64,000 bases of DNA from an uncultured bacterium (lineage in GTDB: Bacteria; Verrucomicrobiota; Kiritimatiellia; CAIKKV01; CAITUY01). The stretch is from positions 879 to 64,878 of the forward strand of contig CAITUY010000042.1 of the NCBI GenBank assembly GCA_903895695.1. The letters run 5' to 3'. Both the position numbers and the translations under genes were made by a program. Shown here in pieces: positions 48,833 to 58,452 of the stretch. The notes beneath the pieces were generated by a model. The model did not search any database and was not told the DNA's origin. It saw nothing but the letters and a program-made list of their open reading frames with translations. Within the stretch, counting starts at the first letter, position 1. Every line of letters starts with the position of its first letter.

Positions 48833-49900
48833 TCAATCTTCGCGCACGGCTCGCATCATGGCCCGGACATTGGCCAGCGGCACGTCCGGGTTGATCGTGT
48901 TTGCCGTGAACAGCACCAGGTCGGCGTTGCCCCGCGACACCTCGATGGCATGCCGGACCTTCGCGACGATTTCATCAGGCGTGCAAACCGGCAGTTCGGT
49001 GGTCACGGAAAGCGGGCCGAAAATGAGCAGCGGTTTTCCGTCGCGGGTTCGGCGTTCGACCATGTTGTCGATGGTCAGGCCGCATTCCGGTTGAAAACCC
49101 TGGAAGCCCTGGACCCCGCAATCGATCAACATGTCCAGCAGCGGGCGAACGTCGCCGTCGCAATGCCACACGGGCCTGCACCCCGCCTCAAGCAACGGTT
49201 CCAGTCCGTACTTCAGTTGGGGCGCGTAATACTGTTCCAGAAACTTGGGCGACACCATGGGTCCCCGCTGGGTGCAGATATCCTCGCCGAGCAGCACGGC
49301 ATGGGGAAAGAGGCCTTCCTTGACCGCGCGGGCCACCATCCGGCCGTGGCACCGGCCGTGTGCGCCGCCCATCTCCATCAGCTTGCGGGCGGCCTCGGGG
49401 TACATCCCGACGATCGTAAAGTAGTTCTCGTAGCCGAAATCGAAATACCAACTGGCCTTTGCCCCGGCATTCCATATGGCCGGCATCCACACCAGGTCGC
49501 CGCAGGACGTCTGCATGCCGACGAGCTCCGACCTGAACTTCGCATACTCGGCCTCGAAATCGAAATCGCGTTCGATCGCCGCGGCATCGGGCATCTGCTC
49601 GATCCGGGCCACGGCATCCTCCACCGATTCACCACGGTCGGCGTGGGCGTACGAATGCTCGTCGACGATCCGGTAGTCGCCATCCGCCTTGGGCAGGGCC
49701 AGGCTAATGAGACCATCCACGCCCAGCGCGTGGTACGCCCGCAAGGCGACGGCCTTGGGTGCGGCCCGATAGTCATCGAGGGTCGCGCCTGCCAGTTCGA
49801 TCAGATGCGGGGCGCAGCAGATCCACCCGCCCAGCACCGGGGTCCGATCCGCCGCTTTTCCTGAGAATACGGTCTCAAGCCGTTGACGAGTATTCATCAT
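48833..49900 (-). CDS. Uroporphyrinogen decarboxylase / methyltransferase-like (URO-D fold) protein
   Basis: R.R....G...DR.P, GEDI..Q.GPMVSP, WHCDGD...L.D.G..G. Confidence 0.8.
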   Translation of the reverse strand: MMNTRQRLETVFSGKAADRTPVLGGWICCAPHLIELAGATLDDYRAAPKAVALRAYHALGVDGLISLALPKADGDYRIVDEHSYAHADRGESVEDAVARIEQMPDAAAIERDFDFEAEYAKFRSELVGMQTSCGDLVWMPAIWNAGAKASWYFDFGYENYFTIVGMYPEAARKLMEMGGAHGRCHGRMVARAVKEGLFPHAVLLGEDICTQRGPMVSPKFLEQYYAPQLKYGLEPLLEAGCRPVWHCDGDVRPLLDMLIDCGVQGFQGFQPECGLTIDNMVERRTRDGKPLLIFGPLSVTTELPVCTPDEIVAKVRHAIEVSRGNADLVLFTANTINPDVPLANVRAMMRAVRED

Positions 49901-49905
49901 CGGAC

Positions 49906-52900
49906 CTATTTCAGGGCGTGCGCGCCTTGGTATTGGACGCCCGCCGCCGGCAAACCGTTCTCGTCGGTCACTCGGAAATAGAGCCGCCAGGATTCGTGGC
50001 CGTGGCTCAGTTTGACCAAGACCGGGTTCTCGCCCTTCTTCAACTTCACCGGCGCCCAATCCTGGTCGCGATAGGCCAGCCGCCAGCCACGGCTGAAGAT
50101 CAGGCGTTCGTCGTTGACCCATACCCCGAGACGCTCGTCGCTGCCGGTGCGCAGGTAGACCGTCCGGTCGGCGTCCGATATGAGGGAGGCCGCGAGATAG
50201 GCTATGACGCCGCGCGAAGGGTCGAAGTGCTCGCCCAGGGACAACTGCTGTTCCGACAAGGCCGGCTGCCCTTCAGCCAGAATCGGCCGCCACTTCACCG
50301 TCGTGGCCACGAAGCCGTTCGTTCCCTGCGCGACCCCTTGGTAGGTGGCTTTCAAGTCCAGTCCTTTTTCCGGGCCGAAATCCTTCAACTGGAAGTTCGA
50401 ACCCGCAAAGTCGCTGTTGTCAAAGGGACCGACGGCATACCAGTCCTGGAAGAAGGCCGGCATCGCTTCGGTATCCGTCTTGGTCCAGAGCGCATCGGCG
50501 GCCACGAGACGTTCGGCAACTGCCGGGCCCCGGACTCCGTCCCGCAGCGGGACGAACCAACCCTTGCGGCCGCTCAGTTCGACGCGCCCCGGCTTTCCAA
50601 CCGGCTTATCGTTCAGGACCACGCTGGGCGCGTCACTGAAGCCCTCCAGCACCAGGGCCTGGGCCATATCGGTCCGCTGTTCCTGGCCCGGCTTGAGACA
50701 ATAGTCGATCCACAGCTTGTTTTCCTGGGGACGCGCCCTGACGCGCAGGAGCCCCACGCGCCCATCGGCCCGAACCTTGGCCCCGCCCGGCAGCGTCAAC
50801 CGCCAGAAAATAAGATCGGGCAAAGGATTGTACCCCGTGTAGGTCCCGCTCTTGGTTTCCGCCAGTAGGTACGTGCGATGGTTCTTCTCCGACTCTACCA
50901 CGGCGCCGGCTTTCTCGATCCGCCCGCCCATGCCCTGAACGCTCCACGGTGAGTCGCGCTGAATGCTCAGCGGATAGCCGTAGTCCTCGTGCCCGTTGAC
51001 GCGGATGTACTTGGGACCGGCGTCTCCGCCTGTAAAGGTCTTGCCTTCATCCCACACGCGGAAGCCCATTTCGAGGGTGTCCTTGCCGCTGTGATAGGCC
51101 ATGTCGTAGCAACGCTTGTCGGTGTTCCAGGCGCAGTCCAGTTTCGCCTCCGCCACGTGTTTACGGAAGTTGTCAAAAGACCCGTATTCGGTTTCGTCGC
51201 CGACCTCGATGGCGAATCCCCCCGTGGCCCGGCGGTCCTTGTCCGTATACCAATCGTCAAGGTTCATCCCCTTCGAACTGCGATAAATAAAGGCATAGAC
51301 GTAGATGACCGGCCATTCATAGGCCACCTCGATTTGCTGGTCGCGGTCCATGGGATCGAGCACGACCGGCCGGATCGCGGCATAGCTGACGCCGTCCCTG
51401 ACAAGGATTGTTTCGCCGTCCTTTGCGAACACGGAATTAGATCCGCTCACCAAATAGCGATCCCACATGTACTTGGGATCGGGGTTGACGGGCGAAGCAT
51501 TGCCGGAGAGCTGGTCGACCTTGCGATCCCCGATCCACACTTCGCGTTTCGACACGTCGCCGAAGCTGGTGATCGTAACGGCCGCACCTGCGGCGTTGAC
51601 CGACGTCGGGTTGTAGCTCGCATCCTTTGCACGCCAACCGCCGGCATAGTCGGGATTGGGCAGCGCGCGCATGGTGTTGCGCCAGGGCTGGGCCGCCATG
51701 GCCAGAATCTTGCCGCCCTGCTGCACGGCGGCCGCCTGGAGCATCGCCTGCGCGAACACCCCGTTGACGGTGAAACTCATCTGGAGCGTGGAAAGCTGTT
51801 CCATGTTCGTCACCGTGCCGGCCTCGCGTCGCCACTGGGCCGTCACCGGCGTGATGCCCGAATTGCCGTGCTGCTCCACGCGGGATCCGAGCGCGTAGTG
51901 ATGACCGAGCGATTGCACATGCCAACCCGAGGGCAAGTTGTCGGGCGCGAAGTGCCACCACCGGGCGTAGGTCGTCCACGGCAGCGACTTGTCGTCCACA
52001 ATGTTGGCCCACTCGTCCGGGCCCCAAGGCATGAGCAGCGCATAGCGGGCCGGCGGCCCTTCGCCGCCAAAGACCTGGATGTGGTGCATGCTCTCCTCAT
52101 TCTTGGTCATGTCGAGATGAATCAGCGCGCCCTTGCGCGAAAGCGAGTGAACCGCATGGTACGGGCCATCCTGGTACAGCATCTGGTACTTCAACTCGCC
52201 GCGACCCATAGGATACGTCAGCCGCCGCAGGCCGGGATGGAACACGCTGATCAACTGTTCCACCTGGCGGTCGCGGGCGATCTCGCCCATCAGCCGGTCA
52301 AAGGGATCATCCGCGTACTTGGCGATGATCCCGAGACCTGCCACCGAAAGCGCCTGGTAGTAGGTGTCGCCCACCTCCTGGTTGGCGCCGCCGTAGAAAC
52401 CCCAGTTGCGGAGCACGAGATTTTCGATGCCGTACTGGGCATCGGCCTGGACCCACGGCGCCTGGAGCATGTCGCCGGCCAGCGTGCAACCCGCGATGGA
52501 ATTGATGCTGAAATTCTGCGTGCCAATGCTGCGCGGGTAGGACCGGAAGTAGGAACGCTGCCGCGGGTTCTCGATATCTTCCGTCTCCGGGTGCGTCCAG
52601 CCCTTCCAGTAGACCTTGGCATAGTCGAGCGCAGCCGGCGGGAAGAATTCGGCCAGAGCCCGGGGGGCCAGGGCGAAATCGGTCGTGAGATGCCCTTCCC
52701 ACTGATGCGGGGCGAGGTAAAGATAAGATGACATTTCGCGGAAAAACAAATTCGTGTCGCCGTTGACCAACCCGTCGGCCCTGAACCGTCCCAGGTTCCA
52801 ACCCCAGATGCCGGCCAATTCGTTGTGGCGCGTCCACATCCAGTCCGGCATGTCAGCCGGCTTGGTGTGGAACCTCTGGATCTTGGCGGTCCAGTCGTCG

Positions 52901-53766
52901 GGTACGCGCATGGCCGGGCGCCCCTCGGGTGCGGCCTTCAGTTTCGCAGTCAGCGCCTCGAAGTCGAGGGCGGGCGGAAGGTTCACGGCGCCGGCCTTGT
53001 CGGCTTTCCGGAAAACAATGCGCAACGACGGCGGGCGCACCCAGATCTTCATGTAGCCGGTGCTGACACGCCAGGAGTATACATCAAACCAGCCGCCTTC
53101 CTGGCTGTTATACTTGTCATCGACAAGTTCCAGCTTCTGCACGGCAAAGCCCTGTTGCTCCAGCGAACGCAAACGGGCGCCCAGGTCGCGACCGTAGAGC
53201 AGATCCGCAAGGGCGGTGGTGACGTCAATCGCCGCCTCAGGGCTCTTGGCGTGGAGCGGAAGGGGACCGCAGACCGTAGCCAGGCGGTCCTTGCCGTCCG
53301 ACCAACCGCAAATCTTGTCCCAAAAGCCGCCCCCCTTAACGTACGCATTGGCCGTGGGCGCACTGTTGCTGCTGGCCGCGCTCCACGGTTTCAGGACTCC
53401 CCGAGCCAGGGCCGACCATTCGCCGGGATGCTGGGTGTAGTCGGCCTCGGATCCCCAACCCGCTCGTCCGCGTTCGGGTCCGGCCCCCTCCTGCTTTGCC
53501 CAGTCGAGCACCAGTTCCACTTTGTCGACCGCGTAACCCGCGTGCACTTTGGCGAGAATGACTTCCGCGGCGCCCGGGAAACGCACCAGCATCGGCCGGA
53601 TCGCATCGAAATACCGTTCGCCGGGAAAGCCCTTGTCCCAATTCACTGGATCCAACACCGCGGTCTCGACGTTCGTGATCGTGATCACCGGCAGGTCAGC
53701 GGACGCGGCCGCTGCCGACGCCGCAAGAAGCGCACCGATGGCTATAATACGACTAGCTGATTTCAT
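49906..53766 (-). CDS. Large secreted protein of unknown function with a C-terminal PA14-like beta-sandwich
   Basis: Signal peptide, aromatic-rich body, C-terminal W..VGPF.N ... GSD....VWVN ... LKKGEN.VLVK. Confidence 0.75.
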   Translation of the reverse strand: MKSASRIIAIGALLAASAAAASADLPVITITNVETAVLDPVNWDKGFPGERYFDAIRPMLVRFPGAAEVILAKVHAGYAVDKVELVLDWAKQEGAGPERGRAGWGSEADYTQHPGEWSALARGVLKPWSAASSNSAPTANAYVKGGGFWDKICGWSDGKDRLATVCGPLPLHAKSPEAAIDVTTALADLLYGRDLGARLRSLEQQGFAVQKLELVDDKYNSQEGGWFDVYSWRVSTGYMKIWVRPPSLRIVFRKADKAGAVNLPPALDFEALTAKLKAAPEGRPAMRVPDDWTAKIQRFHTKPADMPDWMWTRHNELAGIWGWNLGRFRADGLVNGDTNLFFREMSSYLYLAPHQWEGHLTTDFALAPRALAEFFPPAALDYAKVYWKGWTHPETEDIENPRQRSYFRSYPRSIGTQNFSINSIAGCTLAGDMLQAPWVQADAQYGIENLVLRNWGFYGGANQEVGDTYYQALSVAGLGIIAKYADDPFDRLMGEIARDRQVEQLISVFHPGLRRLTYPMGRGELKYQMLYQDGPYHAVHSLSRKGALIHLDMTKNEESMHHIQVFGGEGPPARYALLMPWGPDEWANIVDDKSLPWTTYARWWHFAPDNLPSGWHVQSLGHHYALGSRVEQHGNSGITPVTAQWRREAGTVTNMEQLSTLQMSFTVNGVFAQAMLQAAAVQQGGKILAMAAQPWRNTMRALPNPDYAGGWRAKDASYNPTSVNAAGAAVTITSFGDVSKREVWIGDRKVDQLSGNASPVNPDPKYMWDRYLVSGSNSVFAKDGETILVRDGVSYAAIRPVVLDPMDRDQQIEVAYEWPVIYVYAFIYRSSKGMNLDDWYTDKDRRATGGFAIEVGDETEYGSFDNFRKHVAEAKLDCAWNTDKRCYDMAYHSGKDTLEMGFRVWDEGKTFTGGDAGPKYIRVNGHEDYGYPLSIQRDSPWSVQGMGGRIEKAGAVVESEKNHRTYLLAETKSGTYTGYNPLPDLIFWRLTLPGGAKVRADGRVGLLRVRARPQENKLWIDYCLKPGQEQRTDMAQALVLEGFSDAPSVVLNDKPVGKPGRVELSGRKGWFVPLRDGVRGPAVAERLVAADALWTKTDTEAMPAFFQDWYAVGPFDNSDFAGSNFQLKDFGPEKGLDLKATYQGVAQGTNGFVATTVKWRPILAEGQPALSEQQLSLGEHFDPSRGVIAYLAASLISDADRTVYLRTGSDERLGVWVNDERLIFSRGWRLAYRDQDWAPVKLKKGENPVLVKLSHGHESWRLYFRVTDENGLPAAGVQYQGAHALK

Positions 53767-53857
53767 GCTTCTCCCTATCTCAATCTATGGGCGACTCGAA
53801 GATCCAGAAATTTGCGGGAAGCAGTTTAGCATCCCGGTTGCGGCCGATACAGCACCA

Positions 53858-55549
53858 TCACGATTCCGGCTCAAGAATAACCGCCCGTAGATTCATCAGA
53901 ATCCCGGGATCCAGGACGGTGGGCTTCAATGTCAGGGTGTGGGTGCCGCGCGCGAGTCGGAACGCGCCCGCCATCGGGTAGCGAGCGTACTGGCCATGGC
54001 GTCCGCTTAATGGGACGCTGGCGCGCACAGCCTGGCCCGCCACGGCCATCTCCAGCCGCCGCCCGTAGCAGTTCAGGGATTCGGGTTGGTTGAATTCGAA
54101 TGACGGGCGGAAGCGGCCCGGTCGATCGACGCGGAACGTCCACTCGACATAGTCCTCGACGCGCTTCCATCCCATAATCCGCCCGCCCAGGGCATCGGGC
54201 GAAAGGAACAAGGCCGGTTTGCCGTCTGCGTGGGCGGTCCGCAGGGCGGCTTGATTGGCCGTGAGAATCGCGCTCCCGTCCAGACGCTGACGGATGCCCT
54301 CCGGTTCGAACCGGGGCGTCTCGTCAAATTCCAGCGCCACGACCTGCGGCAGCATCCGGGTGGACGGCAGCGCAAGAACAAGGTTTGCACCTTTCTGGCT
54401 GAAGCGCACCGCCCGGCCGGTTTCCAGCAGCCGCGCCGACCGGACTCGAGAAGCGAAACCGCGCACAGCCAGCTTTTCGGCCGGCCGGAAAACATGCAGA
54501 TACACCGTCACGCCGCCCTCTGACTTCTGCCCTCTGACCTCTGACTTCTGACTGCTCACCCCCCACTCCTGTCGCCCGGTCGGCCCGGCCTGCGCGCCGT
54601 AGATCGCCTCTTTGTTCTTGCGCATCCACGCACCGATCACCTGAAGCTGTTCCAAACTGGGCGCCGCGAACGCGCCGTCGGCCTGCGGACCGAAGTTCAA
54701 CAGCAGGTTGCCGCCCAGCGCCACGGCGTCGGACAGCAGTCCCAGCAGTTCTGACGATGGCGCAAACAGGGCGAGATCGTCGAACGGCACCGTCCACGTG
54801 GTGAACGCCGCCGAGCACTGGCACAACTCCCAGGCACGCGCCGAGCCCTCGGTCGGCATCAGGCCTTCCGGATTGCCAAAGTCGCCGGGAACGCCTCCGC
54901 GGTCGTTGATGAGCATCTGCGGTTGCAGACGGCCCATCTCCGCCAGCAGTTCGCGGGACCGGTATTGCTCGGCCGTCAGGAACCCGCCGTCAAACCAGAA
55001 AACGTCGATCGGGCCATAGTGGGTCATTAACTCCCGCACCTGGGCATGCAAATACTTCACCATGCGCTCGTGTTTGGCCGGGTCCGCGAACGGCCGCCGC
55101 CATTGATTCAGGTCCGACCAGATGAACTCCTTCGCCCAGTCGGGATAGTTCCAGTCCACCCACGACCAATACAATCCGACCCGCAACCCGTGCCGGCGGC
55201 AGGCGTCGACGAACTCCCGCACCACGTCCCGCCGCGGACCGATTTTCGCCGCGTTGAACCCGGTGGTCTTCGTGTCCCAAAGGCAGAACCCGTCATGGTG
55301 CTTGGTGGTCAGGACCATGTACTTCATGCCGGCGCGCTTGGCCGTGCGCGCCCAGGCATCGGCATCGAACTGTTCGGCGCGGAACTGCCGCGCCAGTTCG
55401 AGATAGTCCTTCACGGAAATCGAGTCGGCGTTCATGGCCCACTCGCCGTTTCGCAGGAGCGAATAGACGCCCCAGTGTATGAACATGCCGAATCGCGCTT
55501 CTCGAAACCATTGCAGTCGGTCGGTGGGTTGGGTCAGGGTGTCAGTCAT
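53858..55549 (-). CDS. GH29 alpha-L-fucosidase with C-terminal CBM-like module
   Basis: WF..ARFGMFIHWG, TTKHHDGF.LW, WFDG (nucleophile), INDR, LLLNFGP. Start at MTDTLT. Confidence 0.93.
   Translation of the reverse strand: MTDTLTQPTDRLQWFREARFGMFIHWGVYSLLRNGEWAMNADSISVKDYLELARQFRAEQFDADAWARTAKRAGMKYMVLTTKHHDGFCLWDTKTTGFNAAKIGPRRDVVREFVDACRRHGLRVGLYWSWVDWNYPDWAKEFIWSDLNQWRRPFADPAKHERMVKYLHAQVRELMTHYGPIDVFWFDGGFLTAEQYRSRELLAEMGRLQPQMLINDRGGVPGDFGNPEGLMPTEGSARAWELCQCSAAFTTWTVPFDDLALFAPSSELLGLLSDAVALGGNLLLNFGPQADGAFAAPSLEQLQVIGAWMRKNKEAIYGAQAGPTGRQEWGVSSQKSEVRGQKSEGGVTVYLHVFRPAEKLAVRGFASRVRSARLLETGRAVRFSQKGANLVLALPSTRMLPQVVALEFDETPRFEPEGIRQRLDGSAILTANQAALRTAHADGKPALFLSPDALGGRIMGWKRVEDYVEWTFRVDRPGRFRPSFEFNQPESLNCYGRRLEMAVAGQAVRASVPLSGRHGQYARYPMAGAFRLARGTHTLTLKPTVLDPGILMNLRAVILEPES
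54519..54553. repeat. In-frame heptamer array (TCTGACY-like x5) inside the fucosidase gene
   Basis: TCTGACT TCTGCCC TCTGACC TCTGACT TCTGACT, encoding SQKSEVRGQKSE. Confidence 0.85.
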
Positions 55550-55578
55550 CTGGGTTCCTTCGGTTGGTGGTGGCAGTT

Positions 55579-57207
55579 TCAAGTACAGGGTGTCAGGACG
55601 ATCCGGCGCAGGCACATCAGCCCGCCGGCGCCCATGTTTACAGGGGTGAGGATCAACGTTTGTTCGCCGGCGGCCAGGTCCAACTCGCCGACATCGTCGC
55701 GGCGGAACCGCAGCCACGAGCCGCTGCTCTGTGCGACCGCCTCGATCCGGCCGCCGGTCACGGCGACGGCAAAGCGGCTGCCCGCCGCAGCAGGTATATT
55801 CGAGTATTCGACCTGCACGGCAAATCGGCCGGCGACCGGCGCCTCGAACTGCCAACGCGCGGTATCCGCGGCCTCGCTCCAGAAACAAAGCCGTCCGCCC
55901 AGCGCATCGCAGTTGCAGTATAGCTTCGTGCCGGTGATCTGCGCACGGTTCGCCGTCAGCACGATCCGCCCGTCGGATTCCGACGCCGGGAGCCCCGGCC
56001 GCACAACCGGGGGTTCGGCGAGCGTCAATGCCACCACGGTCGCCATCGGGTCCAGGCGCGGCAATTCCAGGTCCAGCCCGGCCGTGCCCTGGCGGAATCC
56101 GACCGGCGCGCCGCCATCGATCAGGCGCGCGTCGCGGATGCGGCTCTGCCAGCCGGGCACCCGAAGCGTCCGAACCCCTTCAAAGCTGATCGCGTAAACC
56201 GTCTCGTCGCGCTGCGTGGTGACACCCCAACTCTGCCGGCCGGTCGGCCCGGCCACGGTGCCGTAGATCGCGTCCCCGTGCCGGCCCAGCCACTGGCCCA
56301 CTTCGCGGAGTTGTTCATTGACGCGCGGGGGAAACAGACCGTCGGCTTGCGGACCGACGTTGAGCAGAAAGTTGCCGCCAGCCCCGGCGCAGTCGGCCAG
56401 CCGGCCGACCAAATCCTGTGCCGTCGAGTAGAGCGCCGGATCGTCCGCCTCAATGCCCCAGCCGATGTGCGTGCTGTCGCACAGTTCCCAGGTGCGGGAC
56501 GGCGCCGACGGGGACAACACGCCTTCGGGCGTGGCATAGTCTTCGGGCAGGCCGCTGCGGTCGTTGATCACGATCTGCGGCTGCAACGACCGCACCATGG
56601 CCACCAACTCTGCCGACCGCATCGCCTGCGGGCCGAGATAGTTGCCATCGAACCACAAAAGGTCCACCGGGCCATACTGCGTCATCAATTCGCGGACCTG
56701 GCGATGATGCAGGTCCACGTACCGTGCCATGGCCGCGGGATCAGGCATCGGCTTGGACCAGGCGGCGACATCGGTCGGGTCGTAGTGGTCGACAAAATCC
56801 GGATGGTGCCAGTCGCAGAGCGAGAAGTAGAACCCGACCTTGAGCCCGTGCCGACGGCAGGCGGCGACATAGGGCTCGATCAAGTCCCGCCCCGGCCCGC
56901 GGCGCGGCGCGCAGAAATCGGTGGTCGCCGTGGGGAACAGGCAGAACCCGTCGCAGTGTTTAGTCGTCAACACGACGTAGCGCATGCCGGCGGCGACGGC
57001 GGTGCGTGCCCAGACATCGGGATCGTACGCCTCGGCCCGCCAACCGGAGGCCATCCGGGTATAGTCCGCATCGGGTATCCGGTCACGGACCTTGACCCAT
57101 TCACCCCGGCGCAGTTGCGAGTACGGGCCCCAGTGCATGAACAGCCCGAATCGGGCGTCGCGGAACCATTGCAGTCGATCGGTATGTTTGTGCGTGGTGT
57201 CGGTCAT
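55579..57207 (-). CDS. GH29 alpha-L-fucosidase with C-terminal CBM-like module (tandem paralogue)
   Basis: WF.DARFGLFMHWG, TTKHCDGF, WFDG, INDR, FLLNVGP. Start at MTDTTH. Confidence 0.93.
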   Translation of the reverse strand: MTDTTHKHTDRLQWFRDARFGLFMHWGPYSQLRRGEWVKVRDRIPDADYTRMASGWRAEAYDPDVWARTAVAAGMRYVVLTTKHCDGFCLFPTATTDFCAPRRGPGRDLIEPYVAACRRHGLKVGFYFSLCDWHHPDFVDHYDPTDVAAWSKPMPDPAAMARYVDLHHRQVRELMTQYGPVDLLWFDGNYLGPQAMRSAELVAMVRSLQPQIVINDRSGLPEDYATPEGVLSPSAPSRTWELCDSTHIGWGIEADDPALYSTAQDLVGRLADCAGAGGNFLLNVGPQADGLFPPRVNEQLREVGQWLGRHGDAIYGTVAGPTGRQSWGVTTQRDETVYAISFEGVRTLRVPGWQSRIRDARLIDGGAPVGFRQGTAGLDLELPRLDPMATVVALTLAEPPVVRPGLPASESDGRIVLTANRAQITGTKLYCNCDALGGRLCFWSEAADTARWQFEAPVAGRFAVQVEYSNIPAAAGSRFAVAVTGGRIEAVAQSSGSWLRFRRDDVGELDLAAGEQTLILTPVNMGAGGLMCLRRIVLTPCT

Positions 57208-57236
57208 CGCAAATTCCTCAGTCTCAGAGTTCAAGA

Positions 57237-58367
57237 TTACGTCTTCAGGCAGAGCAGCATGCCCTGGCCAGCCGCGAGCCAACAATCTTCGCCGCCCCAC
57301 GGATCCGTCTTGCCGGTATACGCGCTCACCCGCTCGACCTGGCCCGCGGCCTTGAACTGGACGCCAAACGCCGTGGACTTATGCAGGTCTTTGTTTACTA
57401 CCATCACGAACGGCTGCCCTCCCGGCCCATTAAACTCGCCGACCAGGAGTTTCCCGCCGGATACCGAAGTCAGGAGCTTGCTGCTCTCGATCCCCGAGCA
57501 GCCGGCCGGCAACTCGCCGTGGTGGAAGACGTTCAGGCTCTTGAGGCCGATATACACCGGCCCGAGGCGGTGGATCTGCAGGTTAACATCGCGGAGCATG
57601 CACCAGGTCGGCGTCTTGTGCCCGAACTGATCGATCGGGGCCAGGCGGTAGTTGCCTATGGTGGGTGCGAAGTAGGTGAAGTAGCTGATGCCCCGAGCGC
57701 CGTAGGCCAGCGTCGTATACGCCTGGAAACGGAGCCCGGCCGGCGTGGGCTCGGCATAGTTGAAGTGCGAGTTGGACAACACGATATTCCAGAAAGGCAG
57801 GTTGTGGCGCAGCGCCGCCGCGCGCACGGCCTCCAGGTTCTGGAAGTAGCCGCCCCGCAGCGATCCGTCGTCCATCAGCGCGTAGTGATCGTAGCTGATG
57901 AACCTGGGCTTGGCGTTCCCGACGAACGACTCGAGATACTCCTCATAGGTAGCGACGTTCATCTGCTTGGGCGAGGCGTAGTTCGGGAACAGGTTGATAT
58001 AGGCGAGCGCCGTGGGTGCGGCCTTGTTGAACGCCGCGGCCCACCTCCCCAGACCCGAGAACGCCTTCGCGCCCGGCTCGTCGCGCAGATAATATCCGTA
58101 AGTGGCCTTGTGATCGCCGACGCGTTTGACCAGCGCCTGCACCCTCCGGTCGATCTCTGCCGAGGGCAACTGTGCCTCGGCGTCGCCGACGTGGGTAGTG
58201 TCGTCATACACCAAACACTGAAGTCCGGCCTGGCTCACGAGGCCAAGGTTCTCCGGCTTCACGAATCCCGCGAGGTTGAACCCGCCTTCGCGGATATCCT
58301 TGAACACGTCCAAGTCGCCTCCCGTGTTTCCCCACGGCAGGATGGCAAACTCCGATGGCTTGAGCAT
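57237..58367 (-). CDS. Uncharacterised glycoside-hydrolase-like TIM-barrel protein
   Basis: GGFNL, GYYLRDEP, YINLFP, ISYDHY, AYGARGISYFTY. No signal peptide. Alternative start at 58385. Confidence 0.65.
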   Translation of the reverse strand: MLKPSEFAILPWGNTGGDLDVFKDIREGGFNLAGFVKPENLGLVSQAGLQCLVYDDTTHVGDAEAQLPSAEIDRRVQALVKRVGDHKATYGYYLRDEPGAKAFSGLGRWAAAFNKAAPTALAYINLFPNYASPKQMNVATYEEYLESFVGNAKPRFISYDHYALMDDGSLRGGYFQNLEAVRAAALRHNLPFWNIVLSNSHFNYAEPTPAGLRFQAYTTLAYGARGISYFTYFAPTIGNYRLAPIDQFGHKTPTWCMLRDVNLQIHRLGPVYIGLKSLNVFHHGELPAGCSGIESSKLLTSVSGGKLLVGEFNGPGGQPFVMVVNKDLHKSTAFGVQFKAAGQVERVSAYTGKTDPWGGEDCWLAAGQGMLLCLKT

Positions 58368-58452
58368 TGGGTTCTCTTCCGTCATGGCGGCTGAACGCGG
58401 GACCTCTGTCGAATGACAAAAGCAAGCTTCCCCCAGCAAAACCGCGGCGACA

